Below, in pieces: positions 1 through 13,334 of a stretch of DNA of 64,000 nt (its first letter is position 1; each line of letters opens with the position of its first letter). The notes below the pieces were generated by a model. The model worked only from the letters and a program-made list of their open reading frames with translations, was not told the DNA's origin and did not search any database. The position numbers were made by a program, and so were the translations under genes. Source of the stretch: Chiloscyllium plagiosum (Eukaryota); contig NC_057718.1 in NCBI RefSeq assembly GCF_004010195.1, positions 80,176,116 through 80,240,115 on the forward strand, in the 5' to 3' direction.

Positions 1-187
1 TCTTGTCCAGAAAGATCTCGTTCTCTCGGATGAGCCTGAGGTCCTCGAGTTCTTTCATCAGTGCTGCAATATGCTCTGTCAGTAGCTGAACGTGCACACA
101 CTTTCCACACTTATACGAGCCAGACATACCAGAGTCGTTGACCTCCCACATCAAGCACGTAGCACATTGAACCAGCTTGGCAGTCAT
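1..187 (-). mobile_element. CR1 LINE ORF1 N-terminus (zinc finger / leucine-zipper region), runs off the window edge
   Basis: Manual translation MTAKLVQCATCLMWEVNDSGMSGSYKCGKCVHVQLLTEHIAALMKELEDLRLIRENE; CxxC...CxxC followed by a heptad segment, like the ORF1 starts at 30519 and 53154. Confidence 0.8.
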
Positions 188-393
188 GTCTTCACCCTCT
201 TCAGCTGTGGCGTAATCATTTCACTCAACCTCCTTGTCAAAGACTCCTGAGCTAAAGCCTTACTCTTCAATCCACAGGAACTTCCTTGGACCCTTTTTTG
301 GGGCAAATCTGTGGACTTTTAATTTAGGTTAGAGGAGGAGGGTGGGAGGGAGGCCCTACTTTGTAGGAGCTGGGGTCTAGAACACACCAATTC

Positions 394-584
394 AAATAAC
401 AATCACTTACCTTCCCGAACGGCTTTGTGCTCCGACTTTACTTCCGCCCAGTTCCCGCCGCTCTCTACTGCGAAAAGACCGTTGGCGTCGAGGTAAGTTC
501 TTAAATAACAATCACTTACCTTCCCAAACGGCTTTGTGCTCCGACTTTACTCCCGCCAAGCTCACGCCACTCTCTGCTGCGAAA
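394..584. repeat. Two ~83-bp direct copies (period ~110 bp) in the CR1 5' UTR
   Basis: caatcacttaccttccc(g/a)aacggctttgtgctccgactttac...ctgcgaaaa occurs at ~394-476 and ~504-584. Confidence 0.85.
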
Positions 585-1268
585 ATTTACTACCTAAATG
601 GAATCAGTTTAGGTAAAGGGGCAGTACAGAGAGACCTGGGTGTTCATGTACTCCAGTCAATGAAGGTAATCATGCAGGTACAGCAGGTAGTGAAGAAGGT
701 TAAATAGCACGCTGGCTTCATAACAAGAGGGATTGAGTATAGAAGCAAAGAGGTTCTTCTGCAGTTGTACAGGGCCCTGGTGAGACCACACCTGGAGTAT
801 TGTGTGCAGTTCTGGTCTCCAAATTTGAGGAAAGACATTCTGGTTATTGAGGGAGTGTGGCATAGGTTCACGAGGTCAATTCCTGGAATGGCGGGATTAC
901 CTTACACTGAAAGACTGGAGCGACTGGGCTTGTATACCCTTGAGTTTAGAAGACTGAGGGGGGAATCTGATTGAGACATATAAGATTATGAAAGGATTCG
1001 ACACTCTGGTAGCAGGAAACATGTTTCCGCTGATGGGTGAGTGCCGAACCAGAGGACACAGCTTAAAAATACGGGGTAGACCATTTAGGACAGAGATGAG
1101 GAGAAACTTCTTCACCCAGAGAGAGGTGGCTATGTGGAATGCTCTGCCCCAGAGGGCAGTGGAGGCCTAGTCTCTGGATTCATTTAAGAAAGAGTTGGAT
1201 AGAGCTCTCAAGGATAGTGGAATCAAGGGTTATGGAGATAAGGCAGGAAGAAGATACTGATTAGGAAT

Positions 1269-1658
1269 TCAAAGTTTGTGCGAAGATTTGTAGCTCGAGT
1301 GCTCGTTGCTGTGGTTCTGTTCGCCGAGCTGGAAGTTTTTGTTGCAAACGTTTCGTCCCCTGGCTAGGCGACATCATCAGTGCTTGGGAGCCTCCTGCGA
1401 AGCACTTCTTTGATGTTTCCTCCGGTGTTTATAGTGGTCTGTCCCTGCCGCTTCCGGTTGTCAGTTTCAACTGTCCGCTGTAGTGGTTGGTATATTGGGT
1501 CCAGGTCGATGTGTTTGTTGATGGAGTTTGTGGATGAATGCCATGCCTCTAGGAATTCCCTGGCTGTTCTCTGTCTGGCTTGCCCTATGATAGTAGTGTT
1601 GTCCCAGTCGAATTCATGTTGCTTGTTGTCTGCGTGTGTGGCTACTAAGGATAGCTGG
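1269..1658 (-). mobile_element. Penelope-like element, GIY-YIG C-terminus plus pLTR, with 8-bp TSD
   Basis: Minus strand HEFDWDNTTIIGQARQRTAREFLEAWHS..SINKHIDLDPIY; TTAGGAAT duplicated at 1261-1268 and 1659-1666. Confidence 0.9.
1344..1383 (-). ncRNA. Minimal hammerhead ribozyme motif in a Penelope pLTR
   Basis: Minus strand GCA-CUGAUGA-UGUC(GCCUAGCCAGGG)GAC-GAAA-CGUU-UGC: both core boxes, stem II, and GCA/UGC stem I. Confidence 0.7.
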
Positions 1659-1899
1659 TTAGGAATGATCAGCCATGATCATATTGAATGGCGGTGCAGG
1701 CTCGAAGGGCTGAATGGCCTACTGCTGCACCTATTGTCTATTGTCTATTAATACACATGTGTAAAGTTAAACAAAAACTATTATCTTTGCAAAAAGGTTA
1801 ACTATTTCCAATATATTTTCTAAATGTTGGACTTTCCATCATTCTGTACTGTATCATATATGTTTATTCACAGACTGCTTCCTATGCCACTGCCTAAGT

Positions 1900-2400
1900 G
1901 TCTCGACATTCTTCTCTGGCTTCCAGGTCAGCAGTTGAATGCCTGGAATGTTTCCACCATGTGATGGTTTCATCAAAATATCTCTCATCATAATATTTTC
2001 CTCATAGCCTCTACAGCTACACCATCTGTCTTAGAGATAACCTTGTTCCCAAATATCCACCCATGCACCTGGAGAGTCATATTAAACATTTGTCAGCCAG
2101 ATCCCCTTTAGGTAAAATTAATTGTGGTAACTCCAGGGTAGCAGGTGCACATACAGAAAATCTTTTGCAGTGCTCACAGAGTAGTGGTATGTGTAAAGAG
2201 TAATATCCCTTTTGGTTAATGTAGCATTCCAAATTCTGCATGGGCGCCCTTTTCATCAGCTGCACGAAGTCAACCCTATCCTGCACCTGCGTAAGCTTAC
2301 AAATGAGGCAAGGCCTGCACTCTCTTGTCTGAAAACATTATCTGTCCTGAATGAGATTAACTGCCCAACTCTGGCGAGAAAGGAGATTAGTAATTCAATG
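1900..2400 (-). mobile_element. Decayed PIF/Harbinger (HARBI1-like DDE) transposase
   Basis: ORF 2077-2286 RVDFVQLMKRAP..YINQKGYYSLHIPLLCEH resembles IDCTHVxIxAP..YINRKGYHSLNVQLVCDH; downstream GWIFGxKGY-like motif. Confidence 0.7.
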
Positions 2401-4049
2401 AATTAATCTGTGTGCTGTCAACTATCAAATTCTACATTGGCTGCTGCAGAATCGTAAAATGACCTACTAACAAGAAAATTGAGGATTATAATCATCTTCA
2501 AGACCATTGGGTGTCATAGAGTCAAAGCCAACAGATCCCTTTTAAATGTTTTCACTCTCACCTTAAACCTATTTCTTTAGTTTTGAACTCCCTTACACTG
2601 GGGAAAAGACCTTGGCTCTTCACCTTGTCTACGCCCCTCATGATTTTATAAACTTTTATAACGTCCATACCTCTGGATTCCCATTGGCCTGCAGGCCCTA
2701 TTGCAGGGTGACAAAAAATTCAACAACCGCCCCTCTGGAGAAATGCAGACTCTTCTGACAGTTCCTCTCAGTCATGTTCTAGTAATTCACCCAATTCCTG
2801 CATTTTTTTAGTGACATATGGGATGGTCAGCTGAGTTCCTTTAAAATTTTCTGAAATATAAAATGCATTATTACTCAAAATTTGGAAAAGGAGAATAGGA
2901 AACATTTAGTGTTCACTCAGTATATCATTCAGAGATGAATGGGTTGCAAGTTAACTGATTTTGTTTGCAAGTTGCTTGCAAGTTTGAGCCTGTGCAGCAT
3001 GACCAACGCTCTGATTGGTACTGCCTGAATTGCTGTGCTCTTCCAGCACCACTGATCTAGAATCTGGTTTCCAGCATCTGCAGTCATTGTTTTTACCCCT
3101 ATGAGATATCCCTGTCATTCACAATGTTGAAACTTAGATTTCGGAAGGTGTGAAATGCTGCTTTGTAACAGCAAGAATTAAGTGCCCTGCACCAAAGTAG
3201 CTTTGGATGAAATCAGAAATATGCTTGAAGTTGGTTCCAATATAGTTTGAACAGTAAACTTTTAAACTTACAGAGTATTCTTGAGAAAACATAGGAGAAC
3301 AAAATTGCTAAATATAGCAAGGGTACAGGATTGGATAAAGTGCATGTGAATTGAAAGTGCTTTTTGAATTTTCCATTATTTTTCACAAATCAAAAATATT
3401 CATGAAAAGGAAGTTAGCTTGGTATAGCAGACCTGTTTTCAGTGAAATTTTACGTCAGCAGCAATTGACACTTCATAAATCTTTTCTGTCCTGGTCTAGA
3501 TTAGATTAGATTACTTACAGTGTGGAAACACATGGTCTGTTTCTGAAATGCATGATATATAAAAATGTGAAACTTAACACATTCATTGTCAATGAATGAG
3601 GCATCGATTTTATTAAAGCATGACTGCTCAACTTTGTTTCTGTCTGGATAGTAGGAAAAGTTGAAGGAGTAGGATATTTTTGAAATGAAAGTGTCGCAAT
3701 ACTAAAGATGAAATTGAGAGGAAACTCTGGAAATACTCAGCAAGTGAGGCAACACCAATGGAGCAGGAAACAAAGTTAATGTTTCAGGTCGATTCTTTGA
3801 GATAAACGTTCAAGAAAGATGATTGATCTGCGGTATTAAATTTGTGTATCTCTCCAAAGATGATGTCTGCTTTGTTTTCAGATTGCTAGTATTCATAATA
3901 CTTTGCCCCTATATTTTGGAAATAAAAATGAATTTTGGCACAACTGACACTGTTGAATCAAGTACGTAAGAAGTAAATAAATAGAGATTTGTGAGATAAT
4001 GTTTTAGTGTTATGCTTTACAGTTACAAATTATATTTTAGCGACGCTTT

Positions 4050-4547
4050 AATACTGAATGGATGGAGGTCCAAACTTTACCACCCTTGTGTGTAGAAGTG
4101 TTACTAATAGTTCTCCTGAACAATCCAGCTCTAATGTTTAGACAATGCCTCCTAATTACACCTTGCCTTTATCTTGAAGATTTCAATCTGATCACCCTGG
4201 AACATTCTAAATTCTGGAGAGAACAGGCATAATTTATATAAACTCTCCTCATTCCTTAACCTGAGTCATAGAATCACAGAGACATACAGTATGGAAACAG
4301 ACCCTTTAGCCCAATCTGTCCATGCCAGCCAGATCCTTAACGGAACTAGTCCCATTTACCTGTGTTTAGTTCATATCACTGCAAGCCTTTCCTATCCATT
4401 AACTCATCTAGATGCCTTTTAAATGTTGCAATTGTACTTGCCTCAACCAGTTCCTCTGGAAGATCATCCCATATATGCACCACTTTCTGTTCCCACTTGA
4501 GTCCCTTTTCAATCTTTCCACTCTCACCTTAAATCTATGCCCTCTAG
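4050..4547 (-). mobile_element. CR1 LINE 3'-end fragments
   Basis: gagtcatagaatcacagag...ggaaacagacccttt is the reverse complement of the CR1 tail seen throughout the window. Confidence 0.75.
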
Positions 4548-5040
4548 TTTTGGACAAATAGACAGAAAACTAGCCACCAGGATACAGGAACACCAACTAG
4601 CCACAAAAAGATATGACCCTCTCTCACTAGTATCCTCACATACGGATGAGGAAGGACACCACTTTGACTGGGACAACACATCCATCCTAGAACAAGCCAA
4701 ACAAAGACATGCACAAGAATTCCTAGAAGCATGGCATTCCAACCAGAACTCTATCAACAAACACATCGAGTTAGGCCCTATCTACCACCCCCTGAGAAAA
4801 GGAACAGGAAGTGACTTCACCACAGGAAATAACATCACCACAAGAAAAGACATCGCCAACCCAAAGAAACCCAAACATATAAATAGAAAGCAGGGATTTG
4901 CAGCAGTGCTTCACCGGAAGCCCACTGAAGATTTTACCTAGAGGGTAATGAAACATCTGGAAACGAACCTTCAATCTCAGCGAGCAAACCTACATCCAAA
5001 ACCTCAACCTGAGCTACAAATCTTCTCAAAACTCGCTAAG
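4548..5040 (+). mobile_element. Penelope-like element, GIY-YIG C-terminus plus pLTR
   Basis: ORF 4537-4941 GQIDRKLATRIQEH...HHFDWDNTSILEQAKQRHAQEFLEAWHS; degenerate hammerhead motif at ~4923-4960. Confidence 0.88.
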
Positions 5041-7900
5041 ATGGCTTTGAGTTTTGCTCAGGGATTTGTGGGAATATAAAACAGAACAGTGCATTTTTTT
5101 GAAATTGTTAATGAAGACTAAGTTGAAGGTTAGCAGATAAAATTGAAAATAGAAATTAAAGCAGGCTCTAAGAGATGCTTGAAATGATTATCCAACATTT
5201 AGAATTTGAAGGGAAACCTGAAATTGAGATGTCACAGCTAGAATTAGCTAAGATATCGCTGGAAATGAAAAAAAATGGTAGAGGAAAAAAGAAACACAAA
5301 TGACAAGACTTGAGAAAAGAGAAATAGAAAGAGAAGAGAAGGAAAAGAGAAGAACATGTGAAAGAGAACGCAAAGAAAGTAAAAAGAGAATAGGAAATAA
5401 ATTTGAATTGAAATAAGACAATTAAGATGAACAGTGTTCTTGATAGGAAGGAGAGGAAAAAAATGTAATGGAAAGGAAGATGCAATTTAAAAAGCTGAAC
5501 TCCAAAGAGGGAGGGAAATTAGGTAACACAATTTGACCAGTGAAAAGCTCAGAATAAAGAAGGAAAGAAGATGGAGTGGAGCAGAGACTGATGTCGATTC
5601 CAATGAGGAATTTTATGAAAGTAAAATTCCATGTTTTGTGCCTAAATTTAGTGATGATGAAGTCAAAGGATATTTCATCTCATTTGAAAAGATAAACGAG
5701 TATGCAAAATGGCCAAAACCTGATTGTACACAGATGTTACAAAGTGTTTTGACAGATACAGCTAGGAACATGTACGCCAGTTGTTAGAAGAACAATCAAT
5801 ACTTATGAGCTTGTCTCTGAGCTTATCAATCAAAATTTAAAACTACAAGAAAGAAATCTAATCAGGCATAGGTCGAATTTGCAAGAGAAAAATAAATGTC
5901 TTAGGATTAATTATTTCAATCACTAAACTTTGAAAACAAATTTAAGAACATAAAGGAAATTATGATTCTGGAAGAATTCAGAAATAGCACTGCTGTAAAT
6001 CTAAAAACTTATTTAATTCAGCATCAAGCATCGAAGATCAGAAAAGCAGCAATCCTGGCTGCTTTGATATCTCTCACAGACAGCTATAGGTGGGGAGATG
6101 GTGATTTGCAAATCTATGAGCAAACTGGAGGAATATAAAAGAATCTGCAATGGAAGAGGTGCTAGTAGTAGAGAACAAACTGAAGGATGTCAGACAAATA
6201 AAGGACATAGGCTGGAAGCAGAAGATGTTATTAAGAAAATAACATGATTCCAGTGTAAAATGACTGGACATACCAAACCAATTACTGTAGGTTAAATGGG
6301 AGATCAGATGCAGTTGTAGGAATCTCTAAGGGTAGGGTTGGCATGGGCAGCATTAGGGATGGAATGAGGTATTAAAATTATTGTCATAAAACAAAGACAA
6401 TATTTTATTCCTTAGAATGCAATAAGAAGAGAGGGTTGCTTCAGGACAGTCGTTGAAATTATTCTTCAAGTATCGAAAAAAAGGATCAGATCATTGGAGG
6501 TTCTGAATATTTTATTTCCACAGGAAAGGGTTTCATTACATCTTAAATCATGGAGGTAAATCGATAAATATATTGACAGACTTTGGAGCAAGCCAGTCAC
6601 CGATGCTGGCTGATTATACTATTTGCATTCCAGAGAGGTTAATTAAGGAGAAAACATTAATATAGGAATACATGGAGGTTACAAACCTGTCCTAGTATAC
6701 TAGAATTGGAAAAACAGTGATTTTAGTAAATGGACAAAATGACATTGGTGTGGTAAAACAAGTCCCTAAGAAGGAATTGATTTTAACTTGACAAATTACC
6801 TGGCTAGTTAAAAAACAAATCGCTCACCAACGATAGTGGAACACCAGCTGTGATAATGGAAACTGAAATGTTATAGGAGGAACTTCCTGAATTGTTTCCC
6901 AACTGTGTCATGGCTCATTAGTTCGACAGGAAGAGGGAGAGTCTTTGAAAAATGGTAATGACATAGAAATTCATGGAACCCACTGGAAATTCACTGGATC
7001 CAAAGTCTGAAAATTTCAATAAAAGGGATGAAGTTAAAGAGAATGAGGCTGACATGCTGAGCCCACCTTTTTGGACAAAAATGTAACAAACAGATCCTGC
7101 ATTGAGAAGGTTACATCAAATAGACTATTCAGAAATTGAATAAGAAATAATACCTGTGTGTTATAACTTGAATGAGAAAATGGAGACCACCTCAAATACC
7201 AACAAATTAGGAGAGACCAGTGGTCCATCAGATAGTAGTTCCATCTGTGTTTCTTCACAAAATGGTAGGAGTGGCTCATAAAATTCCATGATAGGTGACT
7301 TAAGAATGAGGAAAACACAGGCTAAAATACTAAAAGAAAACTCTTTTTCAGGTTTACAGGATCACATAAAGATGTGGTCAAATTTTGCCAAACATGCGAT
7401 ATATGTCAGGTAGTGGGGAAATCTCAACTATTAAATAAACTTATTCTTTTAATCCTGATACCAGCTTTCAATGGACCATTTAGCACGGTCTTAATAGATT
7501 TCTGAGGAAGAGTCATTGGACCCAAAATATGATCTCTGATTTGTGTCCACAGAAGCTGCCAGACCTGCTGAGTTTTTCCAGTTTTTGGTTCTTATTAGAT
7601 TGTCTATTGACTAAAACTAGGAATAGAAATCAATATCTTTTAACAATTGTAGATTGTAAGATTTTCTGAAGCAGTGCCTTCAGGAAAAATTACTCCAAAA
7701 ATTGTAGTGGAAGAAATATGTAAATGAAAATATCACAACAATTGGAAATTAAATCAGAAATTCAAAATTCGGAAGATTATCCTCCAGAATTCAAATTAAA
7801 CAAAATGGAAGTACTTTAAAGGTTAGATAGCACCATGGTTCATCACCATCAGTGGCTTACAAAGGCTATTCCAGACTCATTAATCAATTTCTGCGAATAT
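5041..7900 (+). mobile_element. Decayed Gmr1-like Ty3/Gypsy retrotransposon: gag (coiled-coil + SCAN-like), protease, integrase
   Basis: VPKFSDDEVKGYFISFEKINEYAKWPK..MLQSVL (gag); IKEIMILEEFRNS..LKTYL..AAILA (SCAN-like, ~5950-6060); ILTDFGASQS (protease, ~6570-6600); DVVKFCQTCDICQVVGK, IPAFNGPFSTVLID and NQYLLTIVD (integrase, ~7370-7700). Confidence 0.82.
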
Positions 7901-7957
7901 GCCAGGAAAAGCATCTTTTGTTATCTATGATGGTGATATATGGTTTGTATTACTTAT

Positions 7958-8710
7958 TGTTACAACACAGTGGTAAACCCTTCTGTTAATTAAACCAAAT
8001 ACCCAAAAATGCTCACCTCGCCTTGTAATCTGTTAAAATATGAACGACAGATAATTCCCAAATTCCACTATTTAAAGAAAAAAATATCAATTTATTCGTT
8101 AACTCTAAAAGTGAACATTATAACAACAACTATTTACAACTGTAAGCCTCCTTTCTCTTAAATTTTGTTGTCTGCCTCTAACTCTATAACAATAGACTGT
8201 TCCAATAAAAGCCCCTATTAAAATTACATCAACTTAATTTCAAAACCACGCAGTGGTTGTCGACTCTGGTGTCCTCCTTCTTTTGGCTGAAGATCTCTCT
8301 GCGTCGTCTTCTGTTTTTTACTGCAAAGATGTTTCATATGAAATAGGTACCTTTGATAGAGAGTCTGTCGATGGCAGTTGGTCTCTGTCTAACTTTCAAA
8401 CTGCCTGCCTCTTTTATGCCTCCAACATCAGATCATCTCATTGGTTTGATGTTTGCAAAATAATAAACTCAAAATCGATTGGGTTTTAGTGTCCTGGAGC
8501 GTAATTTAAACTGATTGGTTAAATTTGAATTATCGTCAAAATAGCAACCAACTCAACAATCTTTTTCACAGCCAAATGTTACATATTTTCAATTTTCCAG
8601 TACACTCTGAGACTGCTTGTTAGTCATATGAGAGGTGCTTGTAAGCTCTCAGTGCAAAACAGTATTCATTCTCTCTTAAAGGTCCAGCACACGCCTGCAA
8701 TTTTGTAACA
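7958..8710. mobile_element. Solo LTR with 4-bp TSD
   Basis: Starts TGTTACA and ends TGTAACA (inverted termini); TTAT flanks both sides (7954-7957, 8711-8714). Confidence 0.85.
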
Positions 8711-8869
8711 TTATAAAACAACATCCTTGCAAATTCAATCCAAAGAAATGGAGAAAGAACAATGACATTACTGAGCCAAGTCATAGTAGCTGGGGATCAC
8801 CTACTGTTATGATGCAAAACCAAATGTGCTGTAAAGATTCTGTACTGATTATTACAAAGTCAACAAAGA

Positions 8870-11005
8870 TTTGATCAAGGAGCTTAAGGTGAAGGAACCC
8901 TTCGGAGGCAGTGATCATAATATGATTGAATTTACTCTGCAATTCGAGAGGGAGAAGATAGAATCAGAGATAATAATATTCCAGTTGAATAAAGGCAACT
9001 AGAGAGGCATAAGGAAGAAGCTGGGTAGAACTGCCTGGGAGAGGAGCCTAGCAGCAAAGACAGTGGAACAGCATTGACAGGGTTTTCTGAGAGTAATTCA
9101 GGAGACACGGCAGAGATCTATCCCAAGAAAAAAGCAGCATGGTACAGGGAGATTGAGGCAACCGTGGCTGACTAAGGAAATCAGGGTAGCATAAAAGCAA
9201 AAGAGAGAGCATATAATGCAGCAAAGGGCAGTGGGAAACCAGAGGATTGGGAAGCATACAAAGACCAACAGAAGGCAACAGAAATAAAAATAAGGAGGGA
9301 GAAGATTAAGTATGAGGGTAATCGAGCAAATAATATAAAGGAAGACTGCAGGTTTTCTTCAGATATATAAAGGCAAAAGAGAGGATGTTGAGCCGCTGGA
9401 AAATGGCACTGGGGAGATAGTAGTGGGGAACAAGGAAATGGCTGAGGAACTGAATAATTACTTCCCATCAGTCTTCACGTGGAAGACACACGTAATATCC
9501 CAAAGTTTCAAGAGAGTGAGGGTGCAGAGCTAAGTATGGTGGCCATTACCAAGGAGAGGGTGCTAGAAAAACTGAATGGCCTGAAGGTGGATAAATTCCC
9601 TGGACCAGATGGACTACTCCCCAGAGTTCTAAGAGAGATAGCTGAAGAGATAGTGGAGGTGTTAGTGGTGATCTTTCAGGAATTGCTAGAATCAGGAAGG
9701 TTCCCAGAGCATTGGAAATTGCGAACATGACATCTCTGTTCAAAAAGGGAAGACGACAAAAGATGGAAACTTGGAAGTGTATTGTAAAATATGGCAGTCA
9801 GCATGGTTTCATCATGGGGATGCCATGCCTGACAAAGCTGCTAGAAATCTTTGAAGAAGTAACAAACAGGTTAGACCAAGGAGAGCCAATGTTATTGACC
9901 TGAATTTCAAGGAGGCCTTTGACAAGGTGCTGCACAGGAGACTACTGAGTAAGATAAGGGCCAATGGTATTACAGGCAAGGTTCTAGCATGGATAGAAGC
10001 TTGGTTCTCTGGCAGAAAGCAGAGAGTGGGGATAAAAGGATCCTTCTCAGGATGGCAGCTGGTGATAAGTGGTGTTCCACAAGGCTCAGTGTTGGGACCA
10101 CTACTTCTCACATTATATATTAACAATCTAGATGAAGGAACTGAGGGTATTCTGACTAAGTTTCCAGATGATACAAAGATAGGTAGATGGACTGGTAGCA
10201 TTGAGGAGGCAGGGAGGCTGCAGAAGGATCTGGACACATTCGTAGAGTGGGCAAAGAGGTGGCAGATGGAGTACACCATGTGAAAGTGTGAGGTCATATA
10301 CTTTGGTAGGAAGAATACCTATTTTCTAAATGGGGAGAAAATTCATAAGTCTGAAGTGCAAAGAGACTTGGGAGTTCTGATCCAGAATTCTCTCAAGATA
10401 AGTCAATAGGTTAAGTCAATAGTTAGGAAGGGAAATGTAATGATGGCATTTATTTTGAGAGGACTTGAATATAAAAGCAGGGGTGCACTTCAGAAGGTCT
10501 ACAAGGCTCTGGTCAGACTACATTTGGAGTATTGTGCCCAGTTTTGGGCCCCATATCTCAGGAAGAATATACTGGCCCTGGAGCATTTTCAGAGGAGGTT
10601 GACGACAATGGTCCCAGGAATGAAAAGCTTAAAATATGAGGTACGTATGAGGGGTTTAGTAGGATGAGGGTGGATCTAATTGAAATATACAGAATACTGA
10701 ATGTTCTGGACAGAGTAGATGTTAGGAAGATGTTTCCATTGGTAGGAGAGACTAGGACTCGAGGCACAGCCTTAGAGTAGAGGGAAGACCTTTTAGAGAT
10801 AAGGAGAGACTTTTCAGCCAGAGAATGTATGGAATTCATTGCCACAAAAGGCTGTAGAGGCCAGGTCATTGAGTATATTTAAGACTAAGATAGATACATT
10901 CTTGTGTATTAAGGGGATCAAGGGTTCTCGGGAGAAAGCAGGAGAATGGGGTTGAGAAACGTATCAGCCATGATTGAATGGTGGTGCTTTTATGTCTTAT
11001 GGTCT
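8870..11005 (+). mobile_element. 5'-truncated CR1 LINE ORF2 (end of APE endonuclease, RT, 3' tail)
   Basis: [60 protein letters not shown]. Confidence 0.93.
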
Positions 11006-11217
11006 AACATAGTAACAAAAGCAGACTCATTACCTATTCTAAGAAGGCTGTATTGAAAGTATTAGTTAAAAATCACACAACACCAGGTTATAGACCAACA
11101 GGTTTATTTGGAAGCATTTGTGTGATTTTTAACTCTGTCCACCGCAGTTCAACAGTAGCACAGCTAAATCTTGAAAGAATTAGACATGCATGATTTGCTA
11201 TCAAATTGTATTTTTTT

Positions 11218-11548
11218 AAAGATTAGATTCCCTACAGTATGGAAACATGCCCTTTGGCCCAACAAGTCCGCACCAACCCTCTGAAGAGTAACCCACCCAG
11301 ACCCATTCCCCTACCCTACATTTGCCCTTCACTAATGCATTCAATACTATGGGCAACTTAGTGTGGCCAATTCACCTGACCTGCACATATTTGGATTGTG
11401 GGAGGGAGCCGGAGCACCTGGAGGAAACCCACACAGACACGGGGAGAATGTGCAAACTCGAAACAGACAGTCGCCCAAGACGGGAATCAAATCCGGGTCC
11501 CTGGTGCTATGAGACAGCAGTGTTAACTACTGAGCCACCATGACACCC
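11218..11548 (-). mobile_element. HE1-type V-SINE
   Basis: tRNA-like head ggtggctcagtagttaacactgctgtctca, V-domain gtgtgggtttcctccaggtgctccgg, and CR1-derived tail. Confidence 0.88.
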
Positions 11549-11629
11549 CCAGTGAAGGGTATTTGCTAGAAGTTATTGGCAAGTTCCATTTACTGATTGC
11601 CTGATAAAGCCATAAAAATATCAGCATTT

Positions 11630-13126
11630 GCCGGGCCCATAGCAAAGATATTTGTATGATCGACAGCCAAGGTGGCAGAAGACTGCAGGGTGGCTAATGT
11701 TGTGACATTACTTAAGAAAGGCTGCTTGGAAAAGCCAGGGAACTACAGGCCAATGATCTAATGTCAGCTAGGGGTAAGTTGCTGGGGGGGTGGGCGCGGT
11801 TTCTGAGATGCAGGATCTACATGCATTTGGAAAGGTAAGGACTGATTAGAGAAAGTGAGCATGGCTTACATGCACGGCTATGACTCTATGACTCTAAATC
11901 ATGTCTCACAAATTTGACTGAGTTTTTCAAGAGGTGACAAGAAGATAGATGAAGGCAAAGCAGGAGACGTTGACAACATGGGCTTTAGCATGACCTAAGT
12001 AAAACCATAATTATTGTTTTAGTGGACAGTGAAGATTATCTAAGAATAGTACAGGGTCCTGATCAACTGGAGCAGTGGTCTGATAAATTCAGATAAATAT
12101 GAGGTGTTGCATTTTGGTAATACAAACCAGGGCAGTACTTACACAGGTAATGGTAGGGCTGCGAGGAGGGTTGTCCAACAGACAGACAGACAGGATGCAG
12201 GTACATAGTTGCTTGAAAGTGCTGACACAGGTTGATAGGCTAGTTAAGAAGGCATTTGGCATGCTGGCCTTCATTGGTCAGAGCATTAAGTACACGAGTT
12301 GAGGTGTCATGTTACAGTTGTATAAGATATTAGTAAGGCCACATTTGCACACAATTCTGGTCACCCTGATATAGGAAGGATGTTATTATTAAACTGGAAA
12401 GATTAAGCCACATTAGGGAGAGTCTTAGCCACATGAGGGAGATTTAAACAATCCTTGGATGAGCACATGGATGATGATGGGATACTGTAGGGGGACAAGC
12501 TGAGAATAGTTCACGAGTCGGTGCAACATTGAGGGCCGAAGGGCCTATTCTGCGCTGTATTGTTCTATGTTCTATTGCAAAAAAGATTTACAAAACTGTT
12601 ACCGAGATCAAAAGGCTTGAGTTAGAAGGAGAGGCTGGACATGCTGGATCTTATTTCCATGGAGTTTGGGAGGCTGATGGATCACCTTGCAGAGATATAT
12701 AAAATCATGAGGGGCAGAGATAAGGTGAATAGCCAAGGTCTTTTCCCCAGGATAGGGGAATCTAAAATTACAGGGCATAGGTTTAAAGGGACCTGAGGAG
12801 CAATGTTTCACACAGAGGTGGTGCATATGTGGAACAGACTTAGAGACAAAAAACTGCAGATGTTGGGATCCAAGGCAGACAAGCAGATGGCTGGAAGAAC
12901 ACAGCAAGTCAGGCAATATCAGGATGTGGAGAAGTCAACATTTCGAGTGTAATCCTTCTTCAAAGGAAGTGGTTGTACAAGTACAACATTTAAAAGACAT
13001 TCGGACAGGTACATGGATAGAAAAGGTTTTGAGGAATATGGGCCAAATGTAGGCAATGGAACTAATTTGGTAGGAAACCTGGTTGGCATGGACGAGTTGG
13101 GCCAAAGGGCCTGTTTCCGTGCTCTA
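11630..13126 (+). mobile_element. Degraded CR1 LINE ORF2 and 3' fragments, with a small pLTR insert
   Basis: EDCRVANVV..KPGNYRP; VKKAFGMLAFIGQSI; two CR1 3' tails (~12570 and ~13120). Confidence 0.8.
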
Positions 13127-13128
13127 TA

Positions 13129-13334
13129 CAGGTGACCCCCTCCCCCCGACCCCGTATCCGCGGATGCCTGAAACTGCAGATAGTAGCAAACCCTATCAGT
13201 TAAATGGGAAATTCACCTCCCCGGTAGCCCCTGGAATTATTTCTGGAATGTTCCATGTAATATTTTTGGGCCGCGGTAAACTGCAGATAACTGAAACCGC
13301 GGAAACTGAATCTATGGATACGGGGGTTCTATTG
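13129..13334. mobile_element. Tigger/MER2-like (Tc1/mariner) MITE with TA target duplication
   Basis: TA|CAGGTGACCCC..ccccgtatccgcgga ... tggatacgggggttctattg|TA; imperfect TIRs; interrupts a CR1 tail. Confidence 0.75.

Larger units (their letters stand above)
586..1749 (+). mobile_element. CR1 (HER1-type) LINE 3' fragment, interrupted by a Penelope insertion
   Basis: ORF 765-974 YRALVRPHLEYCVQFWSP...LERRRLRG-like; 988-1170 RTRGHSLK...NFFTQR..WNALP; microsatellite tail ctattgtctattgtctatt. Confidence 0.92.

Noticed and set aside
394..584. CRISPR-like repeat-spacer array
   Set aside because: Only two long copies, in a LINE 5' UTR, in eukaryotic DNA
11480..11548. tRNA gene-like A/B boxes here and at other SINE heads
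   Set aside because: They are SINE heads followed by a V-domain and LINE tail, not tRNA genes
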